From assembly GCA_964565215.1 (NCBI GenBank), contig CAZMCO010000004.1, forward strand, positions 1-44,093: a DNA stretch of 44,093 nucleotides. Reading direction: 5' to 3'. A program made the translations under genes and the position numbers. This document shows positions 1-7,681 of this stretch, one piece after another (position 1 is the stretch's first letter; each line of letters opens with the position of its first letter). This DNA is from an uncultured Candidatus Saccharibacteria bacterium (GTDB lineage: Bacteria > Patescibacteriota > Minisyncoccia > Portnoybacterales > UBA2143). The notes under the pieces were generated by a model. That model had not been told where the DNA came from and searched no databases. It saw only the letters and a program-made list of their open reading frames with translations.

Positions 1-413
1 AAATCAACTAAATAAGTTTTGAGGAAATGTTCGATGGTTTGGAGGGTTTCTTTTTTTGATTTGCCTGGGCTGGCCGCTACCTGGATTGTAAAATCATAGA
101 GCTTTTTATTATTAACTTTGAGCCATTTGTTATTTTTATAAAGCAAGACCAATAAGGAAGTCAGGGCAATTCTTTTATTGCCGTTCTGAAAAGGATGGTT
201 TTTTATCATTAGATAAAAAAGGATGGCTGCTTGGCCAATAAGGCCTTGATATAATGGTTTTTTGGCAAATTCTTGAAAAGGCACTAAAAGACAGCTTTCT
301 AAAATATTAGGAAAACGAGTAGAAAAATCAGGAATTGGCTCTTGGTAAACTATCAATTCCTTAGTCAATCTAAAGGTAATAAATTCAAGATCAATAATTG
401 ATATTTTTGTCAT
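1..413 (-). CDS. doc: Fic/Doc (death-on-curing) family toxin, 3' end runs off the window
   Basis: Not in ORF track. Manual translation from ATG at 413: MTKISIIDLEFITFRL...LFYLMIKNHPFQNGNKRIALTSLLVLL...; HPFxNGNKR is the Doc-type Fic motif. Confidence 0.9.
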   Translation of the reverse strand, partial: MTKISIIDLEFITFRLTKELIVYQEPIPDFSTRFPNILESCLLVPFQEFAKKPLYQGLIGQAAILFYLMIKNHPFQNGNKRIALTSLLVLLYKNNKWLKVNNKKLYDFTIQVAASPGKSKKETLQTIEHFLKTYLVD

Positions 414-538
414 TATGTTTTGCCCAAGAGTTTTAGGGTTTCTCCATATTCTTGAGCAACTTTATGAACTGCTTTTTCAATTATTTCTCTGTCTTTTTTA
501 CTTAAGGGTTTATTGAATTTTTTGGGTTTTTTCTCCAT
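413..538 (-). CDS. Putative 41-aa antitoxin for the Doc toxin
   Basis: MEKKPKKFNKPLSKKDREIIEKAVHKVAQEYGETLKLLGKT; TAATG stop/start overlap with doc; C-terminal helix (Y-x3-L-x2-L) resembles Doc-neutralising tails. Confidence 0.7.
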   Translation of the reverse strand: MEKKPKKFNKPLSKKDREIIEKAVHKVAQEYGETLKLLGKT

Positions 539-544
539 GATTTT

Positions 545-572
545 ATCATACCATTTTCTAGGGTTTGGTCAA
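545..572 (-). promoter_or_regulatory. Sigma70-type promoter for the TA pair (leaderless)
   Basis: TTGACC-16 nt-TATGAT with extended -10 TG, 6 nt before ATG 538. Confidence 0.6.
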
Positions 573-574
573 TT

Positions 575-604
575 AAAAAAGGTCGGAAAATTGTTTTTCC
601 GACC
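575..604 (-). terminator. Intrinsic terminator of orphan gene 616..1029
   Basis: 10-bp stem GGTCGGAAAA/TTTTCCGACC followed by a U6 tract on the minus strand. Confidence 0.75.
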
Positions 605-615
605 CTATAAATTGG

Positions 616-1029
616 TTATTCGAGGGGAATTTCCGACATAGCTGAAGGAGCATGGAAAATCTTTTCTGGCTCATGTATTTCTTGGCTAGTTAAAGCGGTA
701 CGAAAAGGGTTTAAGCCAGTAACCAATACCTTTTCCAAGAATTGAACAATGAGGACATCTTTTTCTACTTCTGTCCGAGCGAAATTTTTAAAGGCAATCA
801 GGGCTGCCCCAAAGAAAATTCCACAATGATCCAGCCTAACCTCAGGTCTGGCAATCCCTTTTTGTCTATCCTTGAGATATTTGACAATAACTGAAGCTAG
901 CCCCAAATGGAAGGTCTTGTCGCCAACTTCTGTTTCTCTCTGGTAAGATGCTCGGACAAAACCCTCGATAAGCTCCTGCCGTTGAGACTCCCTCACCTGC
1001 CAGGCTTCTCCTGTCTCTACTTTATTCAT
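616..1029 (-). CDS. Hypothetical protein (137 aa, orphan)
   Basis: ORF with SD AAAAGGAGGG (1036-1045), its own promoter and terminator; no recognisable motif. Confidence 0.7.
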   Translation of the reverse strand: MNKVETGEAWQVRESQRQELIEGFVRASYQRETEVGDKTFHLGLASVIVKYLKDRQKGIARPEVRLDHCGIFFGAALIAFKNFARTEVEKDVLIVQFLEKVLVTGLNPFRTALTSQEIHEPEKIFHAPSAMSEIPLE

Positions 1030-1070
1030 AGCTATCCCTCCTTTTAAAATTATTTATAAGAACTAAGAAT

Positions 1071-1099
1071 AAAATAGCATTTTTGGCTGTTTTTGTCAA
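1071..1099 (-). promoter_or_regulatory. Sigma70 promoter for 616..1029
   Basis: TTGACA-17 nt-TATTTT with extended -10 TG. Confidence 0.65.
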
Positions 1100-1109
1100 T
1101 GAATAAAAA

Positions 1110-1214
1110 GAAAAAGCCCCGAGTGATTAACAGTCACAAGGGGCAAGACTGTGGAGGGGTTTATTTCTTTGAATAGAATCAAGAAGATTGATTCAAAACC
1201 CCTCCACTATCATT
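1110..1214 (-). ncRNA. Candidate structured small RNA (~105 nt)
   Basis: Promoter TTGACA-17-TAAACT (1249-1221); long hairpin 1151-1207; terminator hairpin GCCCC/GGGGC 1116-1144 with U tract; no ORF of useful length. Confidence 0.45.
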
Positions 1215-1242
1215 AGATCAAGTTTATAATATAGAAATATCT

Positions 1243-1270
1243 TTGTCAAGAGCTTTAATTATGCTATAAT
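1243..1270 (+). promoter_or_regulatory. Sigma70 promoter, back-to-back with the minus-strand promoter at 1221-1249
   Basis: TTGTCA-16-TATAAT with extended TG, 6 nt before ATG 1277. Confidence 0.65.
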
Positions 1271-1276
1271 TAGCAG

Positions 1277-1420
1277 ATGAAGAATGATTTAGGTCAGTTT
1301 AAAGGAAAAGCAGAAAAAAGGGCTAAAAGCCGGGAAAAGAAGAAAAAGCCAAAAATGAAAGTTTCCGGAAAGAGTGTTTTTAAATTAAAAGAAATAATCA
1401 GCCAGAGGACTAAAACTTGA
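1277..1420 (+). CDS. Small basic protein (47 aa), leaderless
   Basis: Not in ORF track. MKNDLGQFKGKAEKRAKSREKKKKPKMKVSGKSVFKLKEIISQRTKT, directly after a consensus -10. Confidence 0.65.
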   Translation: MKNDLGQFKGKAEKRAKSREKKKKPKMKVSGKSVFKLKEIISQRTKT

Positions 1421-1445
1421 CTAGTTTTATCCTTTATGCTAACTT
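1417..1445 (+). promoter_or_regulatory. Promoter of the holin-like/secG operon
   Basis: TTGACT-17-TAACTT with extended TG. Confidence 0.5.
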
Positions 1446-1459
1446 TTAAATAGTCAAAA

Positions 1460-1810
1460 ATGAGGTTTATTGTTCAAATTTTAACTAATGGCCTGGCTAT
1501 TTTCTTAGCTGATTACTTACTGCCAGGTTTTGTTTTTGAAGGCGATATTTTGACCCTATTTATCGCTGGCTTAATCTTAGGATTGATTAACTTTTTTATT
1601 AGGCCGATTTTGAAGCTTATTTCCGCTCCGCTGATTGTTTTAAGTTTAGGGCTTTTTATCCTGGTTATTAATATGGGTCTTTTATGGCTCTTGGAGTATT
1701 TTGTCAATGAATTGACAATTACTGGACTTTGGACCTATCTCTGGGGAACTTTAATTATCGGCATGGTTAATATGGTCTTTGGCTATAAGGGAAAAAAGAA
1801 AAAAGATTAA
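1460..1810 (+). CDS. YvlD-like 4-TM membrane protein (phage holin superfamily IV)
   Basis: Four hydrophobic segments; GLINFFIRPILKLISAPLIVLSLGLF family signature. Confidence 0.85.
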   Translation: MRFIVQILTNGLAIFLADYLLPGFVFEGDILTLFIAGLILGLINFFIRPILKLISAPLIVLSLGLFILVINMGLLWLLEYFVNELTITGLWTYLWGTLIIGMVNMVFGYKGKKKKD

Positions 1811-2031
1811 TGGAATCTATTTTAGCTATCTCTCAAATTGTTATTGCTTTGGCTTTAATTGCGACTATTCTTCTCCAGCAACGGGGGGCTGGCGGCTCAG
1901 CTATTTTTGGCGGTGGCGGTGGTGGCAGCAGTTATTATACTAAAAGAGGTTTTGAGAAAATTCTTTTTATCGCCACAATAATCCTAGCTGGTCTATTTAT
2001 TGTTACGGCTTTTCTTAATCTTGTCCTCTAA
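1810..2031 (+). CDS. secG: Preprotein translocase subunit SecG
   Basis: Two TM helices; ILLQQRGAGG..FGG and RGFEK motifs. Confidence 0.93.
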   Translation: MESILAISQIVIALALIATILLQQRGAGGSAIFGGGGGGSSYYTKRGFEKILFIATIILAGLFIVTAFLNLVL

Positions 2032-3776
2032 TCAACATTGGTACTTATTCAGACAAATTAATATCACATTTAAAGGAAAGAGGATGGCCTAGTTGGCAGC
2101 AGTGGACTCGCCTGCCTAAGGCCTTACCTTCTCGTGAGCGCTGGCTGGCCCGCGGCTTAATTTTAATTATTTTTGCCTCTATTGGTCTGTTGATTGTCAA
2201 TTACTGTCTTAGTCACAGCCAAGTTCAACCTAAAATAGGCGGCCAATACCAAGAAGGCATTCTCGGTCAGCCCCGTTATATCAACTCAGTCCTAGCCCAA
2301 ACCAATGATACTGATCGAGATTTGGTTCAGCTCATTTATTCCAGTTTATTTAAATACGACGGCCAAGGAAACCTTGTCCCTGATTTAGTTGAAAACTACA
2401 CTATTGAAGATGATGGTCTAAGCTACCTCATCTTTTTGAAAAAAAATATTCTTTGGCATGACCAAGAACTATTAACAGCCAACGATGTTATTTTCACTAT
2501 TAAAGCCATCCAAAACCCTGAAAACAAAAGTCCTTTAAGAAATAACTGGCAAAATGTAGAAGTGGAAAAAATTGATAATTTTACCCTTTGTTTCAAAATT
2601 AAAACTGTTTATGCTCCTTTTTTGCATAATTTGACCATTGGCATTTTACCTAAACATATTTGGTCTGGTATTCCCGCGGCAAATTTCCCTTTAGCTGAAT
2701 ACAACCTTAAACCAATTGGTTCTGGTCCTTATCAATTTAAAGAATTCAGCAAAGATAAAAATGGCAAAATTGAGTCCATTGAATTAGTCCGTAATGAAAA
2801 TTTCTATCTTCAAAGTCCATTTATTGAAAGAATTATCCTTAAATTTTATAACAACCAAGATAAATTAATTGAGGCCTATCAAAAAAGACAAATAGATGGC
2901 CTAAACTCTATTCCCATAAGCAAGTTAGCTGAGCTTAAAAATAATCTTAATATCCATCAGATTAATCTGCCGATTTATTATGCTGTTTTCTTTAATCAAA
3001 CCAAAAGTAAGGCCCTAACCGACAAAACAGTCCGTCTGGCCTTGGCTCACGCGACTAATAAAAAAGAAATTATTGATAAAGTTTTAGAAGGAAAAGGCAT
3101 TATTGTTGACTCGCCTCTCTTGCCTGGCTGCTTAGGTTATACTTCGGAAACAAAGGTTTATGATTTTGCTTTAGAGCACGCTCAAAATATTTTAGAAGCG
3201 GCTGGCTGGACAGATCAAGATAATGACGGTATTAGAGAAAAAGAGATTAAAGACGAAGAAACAAAATTAGAGATAACTTTAATAGTTAGTGACTGGCCGG
3301 AAATAGAACAAACCGGGCAATTGATTAAAGAACAATGGGAGAAAATTGGCGCTAAAATCAATTTAGAAATAATTGATTCAGTCACTCTTCAACAAGATTA
3401 TCTGCGACCACGCCAATATGAAGCCCTGCTTTTTGGCGAAGCTCTGGGAGCTGACCCTGACCCATTTGCCTTTTGGCATTCGGCTCAGCGAAAAGACCCT
3501 GGCCTTAATTTGGCCCTTTATCAGAATAAAGAAGTAGATAAACTCTTAGAAGAAGCCAGACAGGCCTTAGATCAAGAAAATCGAGCCGCCAAATACGTTG
3601 AATTTCAAGAATTACTTATTGAGGATCTGCCGGCTGTCTTTCTCTTTAGCCCGACTTATCTTTATCCAGTCAATAAAAAGTTTAAAGGAATTTCTATAGA
3701 GAAATTAGCCATCCATTCTTACAGATTTTCCCAAGTGGAGAATTGGTATATTAAAACGAAAAGAGTTTGGAAATAG
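2031..3776 (+). CDS. Peptide/nickel ABC transporter substrate-binding protein (family 5, OppA/DppA-like), membrane anchored; start uncertain (ORF track gives 2190)
   Basis: LIYSSLFKYD, WHD..LTANDVIFT, PIGSGPYQF, DPDPFAFWHS motifs; frame is open upstream to 2019 and includes the full TM anchor. Confidence 0.85.
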   Translation: MNIGTYSDKLISHLKERGWPSWQQWTRLPKALPSRERWLARGLILIIFASIGLLIVNYCLSHSQVQPKIGGQYQEGILGQPRYINSVLAQTNDTDRDLVQLIYSSLFKYDGQGNLVPDLVENYTIEDDGLSYLIFLKKNILWHDQELLTANDVIFTIKAIQNPENKSPLRNNWQNVEVEKIDNFTLCFKIKTVYAPFLHNLTIGILPKHIWSGIPAANFPLAEYNLKPIGSGPYQFKEFSKDKNGKIESIELVRNENFYLQSPFIERIILKFYNNQDKLIEAYQKRQIDGLNSIPISKLAELKNNLNIHQINLPIYYAVFFNQTKSKALTDKTVRLALAHATNKKEIIDKVLEGKGIIVDSPLLPGCLGYTSETKVYDFALEHAQNILEAAGWTDQDNDGIREKEIKDEETKLEITLIVSDWPEIEQTGQLIKEQWEKIGAKINLEIIDSVTLQQDYLRPRQYEALLFGEALGADPDPFAFWHSAQRKDPGLNLALYQNKEVDKLLEEARQALDQENRAAKYVEFQELLIEDLPAVFLFSPTYLYPVNKKFKGISIEKLAIHSYRFSQVENWYIKTKRVWK

Positions 3777-3779
3777 ATA

Positions 3780-4766
3780 ATGATAAAACTAAAACGCTAT
3801 CAAGGCAATCCTATCTTAAAACCAAATCCCAAAAATCAGTGGGAATCAAAGGCCGTATTTAATCCAGGAGTCGGCTATAAAAATAATAAAGTTTATCTGT
3901 TATACCGGGCTGTCGGCGAATACAAAAAATACATTACCAGATTAGGTTTAGCAGTTAGTCAAGACGGTTTTCATTTCAAAAGAGTCAGCTCTCAACCAAT
4001 TTTCCAGCCAGAAGCAGATTATGAAAAATGGGGTTGCGAAGACCCAAAAATCAATTTTGTTGAAAAAGAAATCTATATTACCTATACGGCCCTTGAACAA
4101 CCAACTCTCAATCCTAAAAAATTTAACCAAACTGCTTTAGCTAAAACCACTGATTTTCGCAATTTTCAAAGAATGGGAGTTATCACTCCAAAATACGCTA
4201 ATACTAGAAATACCGTTATTTTTCCGGAAAAAATCAATGGTCAATATGTGATGCTTCACCGACCCAGCGCTTGGATAGGAAAAAAATACAAGACAACCCT
4301 TCCCTCTATCTGGATTGCCTATTCTAAAAATCTTCTCAACTGGTCTGACCACCAACTATTATGTCAACCAAGAGAAACCTGGGAGTCAATTAAAATAGGA
4401 GCCGGACCTCCTCCAATAAAAACTTCCCTGGGCTGGCTCTTAATTTATCATGGCGTTGGACCTGATATGGATCCTAGTCTAATTAGATTTGATAAAGAAA
4501 TCCAAAAAAGAATTTATCGAGCTGGGGCAATGCTTTTAGATTTAAATAATCCAGCAAAAATTATTGGCCGGAGCAAAAAACCTATTTTAGAACCAGAAAA
4601 AGATTATGAGATAAACGGCGATGTACCCAATGTGGTTTTCCCCACCGGCAGTTTTGTTAAAGACGACCAGCTTTTTGTTTACTACGGAGCAACTGATAAA
4701 AGATGTTGTTTAGCGACAATCTCTTTAAGTAAGCTAATCAAGGAGTTAAGCCATGATAAATCTTAA
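3780..4766 (+). CDS. Glycoside hydrolase family 130 (beta-mannoside phosphorylase/glycosidase)
   Basis: VFNPG, LLYRA, GCEDP, YITYT, MLHRP, KIGAGPPP, WLLIYHGV, VPNVVFP, YYGATD motifs. Confidence 0.92.
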   Translation: MIKLKRYQGNPILKPNPKNQWESKAVFNPGVGYKNNKVYLLYRAVGEYKKYITRLGLAVSQDGFHFKRVSSQPIFQPEADYEKWGCEDPKINFVEKEIYITYTALEQPTLNPKKFNQTALAKTTDFRNFQRMGVITPKYANTRNTVIFPEKINGQYVMLHRPSAWIGKKYKTTLPSIWIAYSKNLLNWSDHQLLCQPRETWESIKIGAGPPPIKTSLGWLLIYHGVGPDMDPSLIRFDKEIQKRIYRAGAMLLDLNNPAKIIGRSKKPILEPEKDYEINGDVPNVVFPTGSFVKDDQLFVYYGATDKRCCLATISLSKLIKELSHDKS

Positions 4767-5472
4767 AAATATTAAACAAAGTGTTCGTTATCTTGAAGAA
4801 ATGAAAGATATAGTTTTTGACCAGGCCTGGTTGAAAAAAGCTAAGTCAAAAACTGAACTTTATTATGTCTGGCGAGATGTAGCGGAAAACGATCAAGACA
4901 AAGAAAAAATTAGACAAGCTGGTTTACGTTATGACATCACAGAATTTGCTCCTTTGACTCTTGGAAAAGAATTCAACAAGACCTTCGGCCATATACATTC
5001 TTTAGTCCCCGGGACAAATTTAACATATACAGAGATTTATGAAGTTTTAGAAGGCGAAGTTAATTTTTTGTTTCAGAAATTTAATGGCCATAAAATTGAA
5101 GATATTTTTACTGTTCACTGCTTAGCTGGAGATAAATATATTATCCAACCCAATTATGCTCATATGACCATAAACCCCGTCAAGAAAAAAACCGTTATGG
5201 CTAATTGGATAGCTCCTGTCGGTCAGCAAAGCTATGAAGAAATTAAAGAAATGAAAGGCGGCGGCTATTACGCTATTGAAGCAAAAGAAGGTATCCAATG
5301 GGTAAAAAATAAAACTTATTCTTTTATTCCGCAACTAAGATTTTTAGAACCAAACAATCTGGCTCAATTTAATATATCTAAAGAAGAATCATTGTATAGT
5401 TTAGTCAATGATTTAGAAAAATTGGACTTTCTCAAAAACCCGGAAAAATATAATTGGCCATTAGCCAAATAA
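4753..5472 (+). CDS. pgi: Cupin-type (archaeal-like) glucose-6-phosphate isomerase
   Basis: LYYVWR, LRYDIT, KTFGHIH, EIYEVLEG, YAHMTIN cupin metal motifs. Confidence 0.88.
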   Translation: MINLKNIKQSVRYLEEMKDIVFDQAWLKKAKSKTELYYVWRDVAENDQDKEKIRQAGLRYDITEFAPLTLGKEFNKTFGHIHSLVPGTNLTYTEIYEVLEGEVNFLFQKFNGHKIEDIFTVHCLAGDKYIIQPNYAHMTINPVKKKTVMANWIAPVGQQSYEEIKEMKGGGYYAIEAKEGIQWVKNKTYSFIPQLRFLEPNNLAQFNISKEESLYSLVNDLEKLDFLKNPEKYNWPLAK

Positions 5473-5509
5473 AAAAAGCCCGCCTCGGATTTGTTCCAAC
5501 TTGGGCTTT
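5471..5509 (-). terminator. Terminator between convergent pgi and orphan gene
   Basis: AAAGCCC...GGGCTTT stem with inner pairing; U7 tract on the minus strand. Confidence 0.6.
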
Positions 5510-5516
5510 AATCTGA

Positions 5517-5777
5517 TCAGGCAACTTCATTAGAGGAATCAGAGCCACCAATAGTAATCGGTTCATAAGCAACTATATTATATGTGTTTTTATCCTTGTC
5601 TGTTACAGCAAACACATTAGGCATCTCTCCCCGGTCAGCCCCTTTAATCTTATAAAGTTTTAATTCTGCGGTTGGGTCTGATTCGCGAAGGAGCAAATAA
5701 GAAGGATTAAGTTTCCCAATTTCTCCTTCTTGAAAGTAAATATGATTAACCTTAAGCTTAGTTATCGGATTTTTCAT
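5517..5777 (-). CDS. Hypothetical protein (86 aa, orphan)
   Basis: SD AAAGGGAGGG upstream, promoter TTGACT-17-TAAATT at 5820-5848, terminator downstream. Confidence 0.7.
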   Translation of the reverse strand: MKNPITKLKVNHIYFQEGEIGKLNPSYLLLRESDPTAELKLYKIKGADRGEMPNVFAVTDKDKNTYNIVAYEPITIGGSDSSNEVA

Positions 5778-5848
5778 ATTTCCCTCCCTTTTAATATTAA
5801 AAGTTAAAGATCTAAAAATAATTTACCTCATAAAACCTAATTAGTCAA

Positions 5849-5932
5849 GGGCGAGTGGTGGAACTGGCAGACACGCTAGCTTCAGGAGCTAGTGGTAGCA
5901 ATACCTTGCGGGTTCGAATCCCGCCTCGCCCA
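5849..5932 (+). tRNA. tRNA-Leu (CAG), long variable arm, CCA not encoded
   Basis: Acceptor stem GGGCGAG/CTCGCCC+A; anticodon arm CTAGC-TTCAGGA-GCTAG; variable arm GGTA-GCAA-TACC; T-loop GGTTCGAATCC. Confidence 0.96.
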
Positions 5933-5935
5933 CCT

Positions 5936-7612
5936 ATGATAAAAACAACACAAAAATTACGAATTATTCCCTTAGGGGGATTAGAAGAAGTTGGTCGCAA
6001 TATGACTGTTTTTGAGTATGGCGATGATATTATTGTCGTTGATATGGGACTGCAATTTCCCGAAGAAGATATGCCTGGCATTGACTATATCATTCCTAAT
6101 ACAGCCTATCTCAAAGATAAAAGAGAAAAAATTCGCGGAGTGATTATTACCCATGCTCATTATGACCATATTGGAGCTATTCCTCATTCAATGGCTCGTT
6201 TAGGCAACCCGCCTATTTATACCGCTTCTCTAACCCGAGGGATAATTCTCAAAAGACAAGAAGATTTTCCCCAGGCGCCAAAATTAGATATTCATCAAGT
6301 TAAAGTAACCGATAAAATTAAGCTGGGCTGTTTTAAGATTGAATTTTTTCATGTTAATCATAACATTCCCGACAGTCTGGGATTAGCTATTGAAACGCCA
6401 GTTGGTCTAATTATCCATACCGGTGATTTTAAATTTGACCATAGTCCGATTAGCGAAAAGCCGGCTGACTTGGCTAGAATTACTCAATTAGGAGAAAAAG
6501 GTGTTTTGCTTTTAATGTCTGACAGTACTGGCTCTGAAACACCAGGGCATTCTATTTCTGAAAACGAAATTCAGAAAACCATAGAAGGAATTTTCGATGG
6601 TCTAAAGGGACGAATTATTATAGCTACCTTTGCCTCTCTTTTAACAAGAATTCAAGAAATTATCTGGTTAGCGGAAAAATTTAACCGTAAGGTGGCCATT
6701 GATGGCTATAGCATGAAAGCCAATGTGGCTATTGCTCGACAATTAGGCTATCTTAAAATAAAAAAATATACTTTGATTAGCCCTAAACAAGCTAACCAAC
6801 TGCCAGATAATAAAGTAGTTATTCTTTGTACGGGCGCTCAAGGCGAAGGCAATGCTGTCTTAATGCGCTTAGCTACTGACGAACATCGTTTTCTAAAAAT
6901 TCATCCCAAAGATACAGTGATATTTTCTTCGTCAGTCGTCCCGGGCAACGAACGAACTGTCCAGAATTTAAGAGATGTTTTATGTAGAAAAGGAAATAAA
7001 GTAATCAATTACGAAATGATGGATGTTCATGCTGGCGGGCACGCACCAATTGAAGACCTTAAGATGATGATTAATTTAGTTAAGCCCAAGTTCTTTATCC
7101 CTGTCCATGGCAATTATTATATGCTAAAATTACACGGTGAAATTGCTGAAAGTGTTGGTATTTCTTCAGAAAATATTATACTGGTTAGTAATGGAGACGT
7201 TGTTTTGCTTAACCAAGAATCAATTGGCTTAAGCAAAGAAAGAGTGCCGGCTAATTATGTTATGGTTGATGGTCTGGGCGTTGGTGATGTTGGCCAAGTA
7301 GTGCTGCGAGATAGACAATCAATGGCCCAAGATGGTATGTTTGTTATTATTGCCGTAATTGACAGCAAAACCGGCCAAGTCCGCGGTGAGCCAGATATTA
7401 TTTCCCGCGGCTTTGTCTATTTGCGGGAATCAAAAGATCTACTTGACCAAACCAGGACAAAAGTCAAAAAAATTATTAGTCAGACCTCTTCCGCTGAACA
7501 TACAGTCAATTGGAGTTATGTCAAGGATAATATCCGTGACAAAATCGGCCAATTCCTTTATACTAAAACCCAGAGACGACCAATGGTCCTGCCGGTAGTT
7601 ATTGAAATTTAA
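5936..7612 (+). CDS. rnj: Ribonuclease J
   Basis: LRIIPLGGLEEVGRNM, THAHYDHIG, HTGDFK, GAQGE, HAGGH, PVHG, RRPMVLPV; start moved to ATG 5936 because the upstream part is the tRNA. Confidence 0.96.
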   Translation: MIKTTQKLRIIPLGGLEEVGRNMTVFEYGDDIIVVDMGLQFPEEDMPGIDYIIPNTAYLKDKREKIRGVIITHAHYDHIGAIPHSMARLGNPPIYTASLTRGIILKRQEDFPQAPKLDIHQVKVTDKIKLGCFKIEFFHVNHNIPDSLGLAIETPVGLIIHTGDFKFDHSPISEKPADLARITQLGEKGVLLLMSDSTGSETPGHSISENEIQKTIEGIFDGLKGRIIIATFASLLTRIQEIIWLAEKFNRKVAIDGYSMKANVAIARQLGYLKIKKYTLISPKQANQLPDNKVVILCTGAQGEGNAVLMRLATDEHRFLKIHPKDTVIFSSSVVPGNERTVQNLRDVLCRKGNKVINYEMMDVHAGGHAPIEDLKMMINLVKPKFFIPVHGNYYMLKLHGEIAESVGISSENIILVSNGDVVLLNQESIGLSKERVPANYVMVDGLGVGDVGQVVLRDRQSMAQDGMFVIIAVIDSKTGQVRGEPDIISRGFVYLRESKDLLDQTRTKVKKIISQTSSAEHTVNWSYVKDNIRDKIGQFLYTKTQRRPMVLPVVIEI

Positions 7613-7681
7613 AATTCTTTAAAAACTGAATAATTTATCCTGGAGGGAAAAGGTCGAAAAAATCATAAGGAGATGTCAATC

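Noticed and set aside
1119-1139. TGTGA...TCAC motif as a CRP/FNR-type operator
   Set aside because: Spacers are 7 and 5 nt in the two copies rather than 6, and both lie inside terminators
1460-1810. Holin-family gene (with baseplate-like and lytic genes elsewhere) as evidence of a prophage
   Set aside because: YvlD-type proteins are common chromosomal genes; no integrase, terminase, capsid or tail cluster in the window
1908-1931. GGC/GGT repeat in secG
   Set aside because: Encodes the normal Gly-rich SecG loop
5855-5935. 27-aa N-terminal extension of RNase J and antisense ORF 5845..6081
   Set aside because: Both are translations of the tRNA-Leu sequence; RNase J homology starts after ATG 5936
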